A stretch of DNA of 32,000 nucleotides, taken from Nonlabens ponticola. GTDB taxonomy: Bacteria; Bacteroidota; Bacteroidia; Flavobacteriales; Flavobacteriaceae. The position numbers and the translations under genes were made by a program. Positions 8,449 through 16,321 of the stretch are shown here, in pieces. The stretch lies in the NCBI RefSeq assembly GCF_003966335.1, contig NZ_CP034549.1:660001-692000 (forward strand), in the 5' to 3' direction. Numbering within the stretch: position 1 is the first letter of the stretch; each line of letters opens with the position of its first letter. Below the pieces are notes generated by a model. That model ran no database searches and had not been told where the DNA came from. It saw nothing but the letters and a program-made list of their open reading frames with translations.

Positions 8449-9309
8449 GTGGCGAATCGATTTTGGCTTTTCTTTTCTTACGCTTTAATAGCCAATATTC
8501 TTAGCGCGCAAATAATCGTTAGGGGAAAGGTCATTGATCAAGGAAAAGAACCAATTTTAGGAGTTAAAGTTACCGAGGTAGGTTACCAAAATGTGGTGGA
8601 CACGGATTATTATGGAAATTTCAAAATTGAAATTCAGGAATTTGGGAACGAGTTGAAATTTGAGTTTTCTGGATATAAATCGCAAACTTTTATTATCAAT
8701 AATAATGACACAAATTTAATTATTGAATTAAATACATTTTCATCAAACGAATATTTGGACGGTAGACGAATAAGTGGTTCTCTAGTTAGTGGAGTATTAC
8801 ATAATCCTATTGGAGCAGAAGTAAGCATAACATCACCGTATATTAAACTAAATTCCTTACTACAACTGGATTTACGCTACCAAACCAACTTCAATCAAAA
8901 TCAAATTACCTATTTTAAATTTGGAATCCGTCATATCAGAATACAGAATAATTACGACATTGATTTTGCTGCATCATTAATGAATGTACAGCGCAATACT
9001 AAAGAAGATTTCAAAATCGTGGGATTGGAATCAATAAGTCAATTTGGTGATCATAAGGCGATCATAGGTTTACAGAAGTATTCTACTGCTAGTTTCATCA
9101 GCGTCGGGCCTCAAGTAGGATATGCTACCTACATTTATGGCGGAATATCCGCTGACGTTTCTAGTTCGGTGACATTTTTTAATGGTTTTAATAGTTACGA
9201 TGTTCAATTCAGAAAATCGTTTGAAAAATTCAATTTATTTTTTAATTACCAAAATGTCAGTTCGTTCAATGAAATAAGTATAGGTATTGGCTCAGGCTTA
9301 TTTTATTAA
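8449..9309 (+). CDS. Hypothetical secreted protein with N-terminal CarboxypepD_reg-like domain and possible beta-barrel C-terminus
   Basis: It has a GTG start and a signal-like N-terminus (FFSYALIANILSAQ). The region IVRGKVIDQGKEPILGVKVTEVG...TDYYGNFKIE resembles a carboxypeptidase-regulatory fold. The C-terminus ends in aromatic residues (GLFY). The gene is markedly AT-rich relative to its neighbours. Confidence 0.45.
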   Translation: MANRFWLFFSYALIANILSAQIIVRGKVIDQGKEPILGVKVTEVGYQNVVDTDYYGNFKIEIQEFGNELKFEFSGYKSQTFIINNNDTNLIIELNTFSSNEYLDGRRISGSLVSGVLHNPIGAEVSITSPYIKLNSLLQLDLRYQTNFNQNQITYFKFGIRHIRIQNNYDIDFAASLMNVQRNTKEDFKIVGLESISQFGDHKAIIGLQKYSTASFISVGPQVGYATYIYGGISADVSSSVTFFNGFNSYDVQFRKSFEKFNLFFNYQNVSSFNEISIGIGSGLFY

Positions 9310-9336
9310 TATTTTTTATAACAACAAATCAATTCT

Positions 9337-10101
9337 ATGAAAATCATATCCTACAACGTTAACGGCATACGTGCTGCCATGAAGAAAGACTTTATCAAGT
9401 GGCTCAAGGCAGCAGATCCTGATGTGTTGTGTTTGCAGGAAATTAAAGCGATGGAAGATCAAATCGATACCCAGGCTTTTACTGATGCTGGTTATGAGTA
9501 TCAGTACTATTACAGTGCACAAAAGAAAGGGTATTCAGGAACTGCCATCATTTCTAAAATCAAACCTAACCACGTAGAATATGGTACTGGTATCGAGATG
9601 ATGGACAATGAAGGGCGCAATTTGCGAGCAGACTTTGATGGTTTCTCGGTGATGAGTATGTATTTACCTAGTGGTACCAGCGATGCTAGATTGGATTTCA
9701 AGTTTGAGTACATGGACTTGTTTCTAGACTACATCACAGAGCTTAGAAAAGACATTCCGAATTTGATTGTCTGTGGTGATTATAACATCTGTCATAAGGC
9801 TATTGATATTCACGATCCTGTGAGACTTAAAAACACCTCTGGTTTCTTACCAGAAGAGCGTGCATGGATGGATAAACTGGTAGACTCTGGATTTATAGAC
9901 ACCTTTAGAATGTTCAATGATCAAGCAGAACAATATTCCTGGTGGAGCTACCGCGGCGCTGCTCGTACTCGCAATAAAGGATGGAGATTAGATTACCACA
10001 TGGTCACGCCACCACTGGAAGATAAAGTCAAGCGAGCACTGATCTTAAGCGAGGCCGTACACAGTGACCATTGTCCGGTTTTGGTGGAGATTGATGCTTA
10101 A
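9337..10101 (+). CDS. xth: Exodeoxyribonuclease III (AP endonuclease)
   Basis: Motifs seen are MKIISYNVNGIRA, DVLCLQEIK, GYSGTAI, GDYNICH, WWSYR and the C-terminal SDHCPV. The length is 254 aa. Confidence 0.9.
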   Translation: MKIISYNVNGIRAAMKKDFIKWLKAADPDVLCLQEIKAMEDQIDTQAFTDAGYEYQYYYSAQKKGYSGTAIISKIKPNHVEYGTGIEMMDNEGRNLRADFDGFSVMSMYLPSGTSDARLDFKFEYMDLFLDYITELRKDIPNLIVCGDYNICHKAIDIHDPVRLKNTSGFLPEERAWMDKLVDSGFIDTFRMFNDQAEQYSWWSYRGAARTRNKGWRLDYHMVTPPLEDKVKRALILSEAVHSDHCPVLVEIDA

Positions 10102-11222
10102 TCTTTAATCAATCTGATGACAGATTGATGCGCAAAGCCTGCAAGACTATCTGCTATGCGCACGTGATACCAATTAGTGCTGTTTCCTAAGATAGTAACA
10201 GTATCATTTTGGATATTACGTATTAATTCACCTTTTGAATCAGGACGCCTTCTCAAATTGGCACCAGTACCTTTGCCTATGGCAATCTCTGCGAAAGGCA
10301 GTGCAATTGATTTTTCAGGAATTTCTTGTTGCCAGATATAGGGTTTAGGATCTACCGCACCACCAGATTTATAAATGCCAAAATGCAAATGTGGTGGCGT
10401 GGTTCTAGCATTTCCTGTATTACCTACAAGGCCGATCGTATCACCACGCTTGACTCGTTGACCAGCTTTAACTAATTGCGAATCAAGGTGCGCATAATAA
10501 TGACTGGATTGGGTCAATGGATCTCGCAACCAGATTTGCTTACCACCTAGCCCACGATCGCGTACACTGGATATACTACCATCTGCTGCGGCAATAACAG
10601 GATGACCGCGATCTGCAAATATGTCGTTACCCTTATGAGATCTCGCGCCGCCAGCTCGTGATGCACCCCAAAAGGATTGTATCGATCGGTTTGATTTTCC
10701 TGCTACGGGAAATGCCAGTAGCGGTTGTTTGTAGATTTTTAACTGTGCTGTAGATACAGAATCCAGCAGTGATTGAACGATCACACGCACTTGTTGCTCT
10801 TGTGTTATAGGTTTTAAAGTAATTAAAGTGTCCTGTACTGTAGCACTAGTAAGTAATCGGTTGTTCACATCATAGAATTCCAGCAACCAGTGCTGGATTG
10901 ATGTTGAGGTGATGGTGGCTTTTAAGCTTTCGCCTTGAGCTATATCAACTAGGTATCCAGCTGAAAATGGCATGTGTCTAGCATTCAAAAACTCACTGTA
11001 ATTCTCATCGATCACAAGACTATCAGTGATCGCTAGTTGGGTTAGCTCTTGCCATTTTTTGAGACTTGAAGGATTTTTCTCTAATTGCCGCTGATAAATT
11101 TCTCTTGCGGTAGGCTGTTTGATAAAATCAAAAAACTCAGGTTTATAAAAGTACAGATATGCCGCGGCTAGCAAAAAGGTAATAACGATAATCGCAACAC
11201 CGTTGCGCCGCAGGAAACTCAT
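10098..11222 (-). CDS. Active M23 metallopeptidase with N-terminal membrane anchor and C-terminal SH3b-like domain
   Basis: The intact zinc site is HKGNDIFA (HxxxD), YYAHL and PPHLHFGIY. The C-terminus (NLRRRPDSKGELIRNIQNDTVTILGNSTNWYHVRI) looks like a bacterial SH3 domain. Confidence 0.8.
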   Translation of the reverse strand: MSFLRRNGVAIIVITFLLAAAYLYFYKPEFFDFIKQPTAREIYQRQLEKNPSSLKKWQELTQLAITDSLVIDENYSEFLNARHMPFSAGYLVDIAQGESLKATITSTSIQHWLLEFYDVNNRLLTSATVQDTLITLKPITQEQQVRVIVQSLLDSVSTAQLKIYKQPLLAFPVAGKSNRSIQSFWGASRAGGARSHKGNDIFADRGHPVIAAADGSISSVRDRGLGGKQIWLRDPLTQSSHYYAHLDSQLVKAGQRVKRGDTIGLVGNTGNARTTPPHLHFGIYKSGGAVDPKPYIWQQEIPEKSIALPFAEIAIGKGTGANLRRRPDSKGELIRNIQNDTVTILGNSTNWYHVRIADSLAGFAHQSVIRLIKD

Positions 11223-11226
11223 ATTT

Positions 11227-11745
11227 TTACGGTAATAATTGCTTAATGACGTCGCTCAATTGAGGGTTTTCTGGTCCCATAGCGTTGTTATCTAAAAGCG
11301 TACCATCTGCCGTATAGATCATGAACCGCGGTATATCAAAAAATTTGTTTTCTTCATAGAATTTGCCTTGAGGATAATTGCGAGCGATGTAATTGTGCTC
11401 TAGATCTACCTGTGCGGCAAATGATTTCCAGTAACTGTTGTTCCTATCTGTCGATATATGGATGACCTCGAAATCATCGCTATTCACATCACTTTTTAAT
11501 TGATCAATATCTTCAAGCCGCTTAACGATGTCACCACTGTACGTGTTCCAGAAATGAACATAGGTTATTTTGCCTTTGTTTTGATCTATTAGATTTTCTA
11601 ACGTATAATAATAATCGTCCTCATCTGTCAACTGTACCACTTTATTAGAACTAGTATCAGCATCCATGTAGTGCAACGGCTGTTTGCTTTCATCCTTGCA
11701 ACTCGTCATGAAGAAGGCCAGAATTATAATAAATAGTTTTCTCAT
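11227..11745 (-). CDS. Thioredoxin-fold (TlpA-like) lipoprotein lacking the CxxC active site
   Basis: The lipobox is FFMTSC. At the position where redoxins carry W-C-x-x-C the sequence reads YVHFWNTYSGDIV. The ATGA start overlaps the radA stop. Confidence 0.5.
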   Translation of the reverse strand: MRKLFIIILAFFMTSCKDESKQPLHYMDADTSSNKVVQLTDEDDYYYTLENLIDQNKGKITYVHFWNTYSGDIVKRLEDIDQLKSDVNSDDFEVIHISTDRNNSYWKSFAAQVDLEHNYIARNYPQGKFYEENKFFDIPRFMIYTADGTLLDNNAMGPENPQLSDVIKQLLP

Positions 11746-13115
11746 GTAAAAAGTTGTTTAACCAGCTCTTCAATGCGAGAAACGCCGTGAGCTTGTATGG
11801 TAGTGTTGTTGGTTTTGGATTTTGACGGTGCAATGAAGATTTTGTCAAAACCTAATTTGGCGGCTTCATTAACACGTTGATCGGTACGGCTTACCGGTCG
11901 TATCTCGCCGCCTAGACCAACCTCTGCACTGTAGCAATGTTGTGAGCTTATCTCGATATCAAAGTTTGATGATAGGATCGCCACGACGACTGCAAGATCA
12001 ATGGCTGGATCGTCCACAGTAATGCCACCGGTTATATTCAAGAAAACATCTTTTTGTCCTAATTTGAATCCAGCACGTTTTTCCAGAACGGCAAGGATCA
12101 TGTTTAATCTTTTCAAGTTATAACCTGTTGCACTGCGCTGTGGCGTTCCATACACCGCTGTACTTACAAGCGCCTGCACCTCTATCATGAGTGGCCGCAT
12201 ACCTTCCATTGTGGCGGCGATGGCAGTACCACTTAAATTATTGCCACGTTGTGAGATAAGTAGCTCGCTGGGATTGCTTACCTCGCGCAAACCATGTCCT
12301 TGCATTTCATAAATACCTATCTCGTGCGTACTACCAAAACGGTTCTTAAGCGCTCGCAATATCCTATAGGTATGATTGCGGTCACCTTCAAATTGAAGCA
12401 CGGTATCAACCATGTGCTCAAGAATTTTAGGTCCGGCGATATGACCGTCTTTTGTGATGTGTCCTATCAATAAAACAGGCGTTCCTGTTTCTTTGGCAAA
12501 TTTGATGAGTTCACCGGTACATTCTCGTATTTGAGAAACGCTACCAGCCGTACTTTCAATATGATCGGTCTGCAGCGTCTGGACAGAATCGATGATCAAT
12601 ACTTGCGGTTCAAAGTCTGCAATCTGGCGGAATATGTTTTGCGTCTTGGTCTCTGTCAAGATATAGCAATTGTCCACGTTTTTCTCAATGCGCTCTGCAC
12701 GCATCTTGATCTGGTGGGCGCTTTCCTCACCACTCACATAAAGCGTTTTATAAGGTAATCGCAAGCATAACTGTAATAACAGTGTTGATTTACCTATTCC
12801 TGGCTCACCACCTAATAATGTTACAGATCCTGATACCAGGCCACCACCTAAAACACGATTAAATTCTGCATTTGTGGTGTCGAGTCGTGGACTTTCAGTC
12901 GCGTCGATTTGCGAGATGCGTTGTGGTTTTTGGGTACGCTTTCGCGAAAGCGTAACATCACCACCAGCAGCCTGCTCCCAACTGGGTTTGGTATTTTTTT
13001 CAACCACTTCTTCTACCAGCGTGTTCCACTCTTTGCATGCGGTACACTGGCCTTGCCATTTGGCATGTTGAGCGCCACAGTTCTGGCAGTAGTAGGTTGT
13101 CTTGACTTTGGCCAT
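11742..13115 (-). CDS. radA: DNA repair protein RadA (Sms)
   Basis: It has an N-terminal zinc finger (YYCQNCGAQHAKWQGQCTACKEWNT), Walker A (GGEPGIGKST), the KNRFG motif (LKNRFGSTHEIG) and a Lon-like C-terminal domain. The length is 457 aa. Confidence 0.95.
   Translation of the reverse strand: MAKVKTTYYCQNCGAQHAKWQGQCTACKEWNTLVEEVVEKNTKPSWEQAAGGDVTLSRKRTQKPQRISQIDATESPRLDTTNAEFNRVLGGGLVSGSVTLLGGEPGIGKSTLLLQLCLRLPYKTLYVSGEESAHQIKMRAERIEKNVDNCYILTETKTQNIFRQIADFEPQVLIIDSVQTLQTDHIESTAGSVSQIRECTGELIKFAKETGTPVLLIGHITKDGHIAGPKILEHMVDTVLQFEGDRNHTYRILRALKNRFGSTHEIGIYEMQGHGLREVSNPSELLISQRGNNLSGTAIAATMEGMRPLMIEVQALVSTAVYGTPQRSATGYNLKRLNMILAVLEKRAGFKLGQKDVFLNITGGITVDDPAIDLAVVVAILSSNFDIEISSQHCYSAEVGLGGEIRPVSRTDQRVNEAAKLGFDKIFIAPSKSKTNNTTIQAHGVSRIEELVKQLFT
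12935..12954. repeat. GCTTTCGCGAAAGC palindrome copy extended to 20 bp (TACGCTTTCGCGAAAGCGTA) inside radA
   Basis: Read directly. The core is at 12938-12951. It is translated on the minus strand as TLSRKRT, in the variable linker between the Zn finger and the ATPase domain. Confidence 0.95.
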
Positions 13116-13165
13116 TTAATGATTTTAAAAGCTTGAAGTTACAGGATGGGCGGCAATCGTGAAAA

Positions 13166-14149
13166 TTAAGATTGAGCTGTTTTCTTGCGCCACGAAAAAA
13201 GCGCAAAACAAATCAATCCCAATATGACGACAAGCAAAGTTTGCGACAACCAGACAATCCAGCCGAATGCTGTACCCACAACCTGTGTGTAGCCAAATAT
13301 CACCAGTACATTACTGATCAGATAAGGATAGGCGCCAAAACCACCGTTTGTAAAAGCAACGGCGAAGCTGCCTGCCGCAAAGGCGCATAACAATGCGCTT
13401 ATCGACATACTGTCTGTATCGGGAATAGCGTAGATGCATATATAAAACATCAATAGGTACATCGCCCAAATAAACAGCGTGTGCGCCAGATAATACCATT
13501 TGTGTTGCATGGTCCAGATGGTTTCAAATCCTTCTTTGAGACCGTTGAGAAAAACCTTGATCTTCTGTCCCAACTCAAATTTCTTGATCAACCAGAATGC
13601 AATGATAGCGGCAATTACTAGAGCTATTGCTATGTATAATAGTTGTTGTGAGTTAGCTTTCGCGAAAGCGGAATTCAAACCATCCTTAAAGAAATCTATG
13701 ATCTTATCGCTCGCAGTTAAAATCGCGGTCGCTGTGATGGCAAGTAGAATCACAAAGTCTAGAACACGCTCTGCAATGATGGTTCCCAATCCTTGATCGA
13801 CGGGAATGTCGTCAGTTTCCTTAACAATCAAGGCACGGCTCAACTCGCCACTGCGCGGTATGATGAGGTTCATAGCATAGCCAGAACCAATGGCGATCAT
13901 GTTGTTTACAAAATTGGGTTTGATTCCCAAGGCACTCAACATATAGGACCAGCGCCACGCACGTGATAGGTGGCTCAACAAGGCAAATAACATACCCAGC
14001 GCGATAAAACGGTAATCTGCCTGAATGAGATATCCCTTGATCTCTTCCAGTTGGGCAGCCGTAAACTGATTGTACGAGATGATGATTAAAAAAATGCCTA
14101 ATGCCAGCGGCAATAGGATTTTTAGCGTTTTTATGAATGCTTTTTTCAA
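13166..14149 (-). CDS. Polytopic membrane protein, UPF0104 / lysylphosphatidylglycerol-synthase-TM-region (flippase-like) family
   Basis: It has about 8 predicted TM helices, an N-terminus of KILLPLALGIFLIIISY and an RAWRW motif after TM2. The family call is from memory. Confidence 0.6.
   Translation of the reverse strand: MKKAFIKTLKILLPLALGIFLIIISYNQFTAAQLEEIKGYLIQADYRFIALGMLFALLSHLSRAWRWSYMLSALGIKPNFVNNMIAIGSGYAMNLIIPRSGELSRALIVKETDDIPVDQGLGTIIAERVLDFVILLAITATAILTASDKIIDFFKDGLNSAFAKANSQQLLYIAIALVIAAIIAFWLIKKFELGQKIKVFLNGLKEGFETIWTMQHKWYYLAHTLFIWAMYLLMFYICIYAIPDTDSMSISALLCAFAAGSFAVAFTNGGFGAYPYLISNVLVIFGYTQVVGTAFGWIVWLSQTLLVVILGLICFALFSWRKKTAQS
13656..13669. repeat. GCTTTCGCGAAAGC palindrome copy inside the UPF0104 membrane-protein gene
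   Basis: Read directly. It is translated on the minus strand as AFAKA in LNSAFAKANSQ. The right flank GGAATTCAAACCA is at 13670-13682. Confidence 0.95.
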
Positions 14150-14152
14150 GCT

Positions 14153-14503
14153 TTAGGTAAGTGTGTTGTCGTCCTCGTTAGGGAACAGCAGGCTAGGTTT
14201 GAAGTCGCGAGCTTCTTCCATCGTCATTTGTGCATAACATATAAGTATAAGCACATCGCCAACAGCCACAAGTCGTGCAGCTGCACCGTTGAGTGTGATC
14301 TCACCACTACCGCGAGGTCCAGGAATTGCATAGGTTTCCAGTCGTGCGCCATTGTTATTGTTGACGATTTGTACTTTCTCGCCTTCTACAATATTTGCAC
14401 CATCCATGAGATCTTCATCGATGGTAATGGATCCTACATAATTAAGATCTGCGCCAGTCACCTTTACACGGTGAATCTTGGATTTGACTACGGTAATTAA
14501 CAT
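14153..14503 (-). CDS. panD: Aspartate 1-decarboxylase (pyruvoyl enzyme)
   Basis: The sequence [32 protein letters not shown] includes the G-S self-cleavage site. The length is 116 aa. Confidence 0.95.
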   Translation of the reverse strand: MLITVVKSKIHRVKVTGADLNYVGSITIDEDLMDGANIVEGEKVQIVNNNNGARLETYAIPGPRGSGEITLNGAAARLVAVGDVLILICYAQMTMEEARDFKPSLLFPNEDDNTLT

Positions 14504-14528
14504 GAAGCAAAGATACGATTATGATAGA

Positions 14529-15389
14529 TTATGCATCCTTGTGCATGGACATATTGTCGATAAGGCGCACACCATCGATATGAGCCACGATAAATGCGCG
14601 GTAGCGTACATCTGGTTTCTTTAATTGAGTAGGTTTTAAGTCACTCTCATTGGCGATGGTAAAGTACTCTAGTTTGACACGATCATCCCTTTTAATTTCT
14701 TCTCTAACAAACTGATGTATTTGCTCAATACTATGGTTGGCAAATTTGCTTTTTGCATCCTTGAGCAATCTGTGTAACATAGAAGCAGCTTCCCAGCCTT
14801 GTGGTGTGAGTCTGCCGTTGCGGGAACTCATGGCAAGACCGCTTTTCTCGCGATGGATGGGACAACCTATGATCTCAATATTACGGTTTGATTGTTCCAC
14901 AAGTTTCTTGACAATTTGCAATTGCTGGTAATCTTTCTCACCAAAGTAAGCGCGATCTGGTTGAATCACATCAAACAAAAAGCTCAAAATGGTTCCCACG
15001 CCGTCAAAGTGTCCTGGCCTATTAGCGCCTTCCATCTCATGTTCTAGGCCGTCGTACTTATAAGTTTTTGCGATTGTTTTCTCTCCGTAAACATCCTGTA
15101 TGGCTGGCGCATAGATGATGACCCGTGACTCATCTAATTTGTCTTTGATAAGTTGAATGTCTTGATCGAGATTACGAGGGTATTTATCTAGATCTTTAGA
15201 ATTATCAAACTGAGTAGGATTCACAAAAATGGAAACTACTAGAATATCATTGTCTTTCTGCGCCTGTTGCATCAACGCAATATGTCCATCATGTAAAGCA
15301 CCCATGGTTGGCACAAAACCTACTGATTTACTAGAATAAAACTCTTGACTGAGGAAATGCGTCAGTTTTTTATGCGCGTCAAAAACCAT
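14529..15389 (-). CDS. panC: Pantoate--beta-alanine ligase
   Basis: Motifs seen are VPTMGALHDGH and FGEKDYQQL. I chose the ATG at 15389 (MVFDAHKKL...) because it gives the usual ~25-aa spacing before VPTMG. The ORF track start at 15419 is possible. Confidence 0.9.
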   Translation of the reverse strand: MVFDAHKKLTHFLSQEFYSSKSVGFVPTMGALHDGHIALMQQAQKDNDILVVSIFVNPTQFDNSKDLDKYPRNLDQDIQLIKDKLDESRVIIYAPAIQDVYGEKTIAKTYKYDGLEHEMEGANRPGHFDGVGTILSFLFDVIQPDRAYFGEKDYQQLQIVKKLVEQSNRNIEIIGCPIHREKSGLAMSSRNGRLTPQGWEAASMLHRLLKDAKSKFANHSIEQIHQFVREEIKRDDRVKLEYFTIANESDLKPTQLKKPDVRYRAFIVAHIDGVRLIDNMSMHKDA

Positions 15390-15451
15390 GAGATTGGGTA
15401 GTATAAAGCCCACAAACATAAGGTTTCCAAGTCAATGTGCAAGAAAATGTG

Positions 15452-15459
15452 TATTTTTG
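15452..15459 (+). promoter_or_regulatory. Candidate -7 box (TATTTTTG) for the glycogen-synthase-like gene
   Basis: It matches TAnnTTTG and lies 35 nt upstream of the ATG at 15495. No clear -33 element was found. Confidence 0.3.
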
Positions 15460-15494
15460 CAGCTTGCTAGAATAATAGCTACAAAAATTGATTT

Positions 15495-16319
15495 ATGAAG
15501 GAAAAAAGAGTCCTGTACGTATCCTCTGAAGTTATCCCTTACCTACCCGAAACCGAAACATCTTCCATGTCTTACTTTGCTCCCAAAATGGTCAATGACC
15601 GTGGTGGGCAGATAAGAATTTTCATGCCTAGATTTGGTAACATCAATGAGCGCAGACACCAGCTGCACGAGGTGATTCGTTTAAGTGGTATGAATATGGT
15701 TATCAATGATCTTGATATGCCATTGATCATCAAGGTAGCTTCTATTCCTAAAGAGCGTATGCAGGTTTACTTCATCGATAATGAAGATTACTTTAAAAGA
15801 AAAGCGACGTTGACTGACAAGAATGGTGAGCTATTTGACGATAATGATGAGCGCGCTATATTTTTTGCCAAAGGCGTAATCGAGACCGTCAAGAAATTAA
15901 ATTGGGCACCAGACATTATTCATGTCCATGGATGGTTAGCTAGCTTACTACCACTATACCTGCGTAACTACTATGGTACAGACCCATTATTTGAAGACAG
16001 CAAAATAGTTACCTCTATTTATAATCAATCCTTTGATGGATCGTTAGATGAAGAGATGTATGAGAAACTCCAATTTGACGCGTTAGACGATGCGGTGATC
16101 AATGACCTGAAAGAGCCTACCTATTTAAACCTTATGAAAAGTGCGGTGTCAAATAGTGACGGTATCATCAAGGGCAGTGAGGATCTGGATGGTGAATTGA
16201 ATGATTTTATAGAAAAACAAGATAAGCCTACATTGGATTATCAATCACCAGAAGATTTTGCTGACGCCTACGAGCAGTTTTACCTACACGACATTCTTAA
16301 CGAAACAGAGGAAGAGTAG
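15495..16319 (+). CDS. Half-size glycogen/starch-synthase-like protein (GT5 N-terminal domain only)
   Basis: VLYVSSEVIPYLPE...IHVHGWLASLLP resembles the GlgA N-terminal half. It is only 274 aa, and the canonical KTGGL motif position reads PETETSSM. Confidence 0.65.
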   Translation: MKEKRVLYVSSEVIPYLPETETSSMSYFAPKMVNDRGGQIRIFMPRFGNINERRHQLHEVIRLSGMNMVINDLDMPLIIKVASIPKERMQVYFIDNEDYFKRKATLTDKNGELFDDNDERAIFFAKGVIETVKKLNWAPDIIHVHGWLASLLPLYLRNYYGTDPLFEDSKIVTSIYNQSFDGSLDEEMYEKLQFDALDDAVINDLKEPTYLNLMKSAVSNSDGIIKGSEDLDGELNDFIEKQDKPTLDYQSPEDFADAYEQFYLHDILNETEEE

Positions 16320-16321
16320 CA

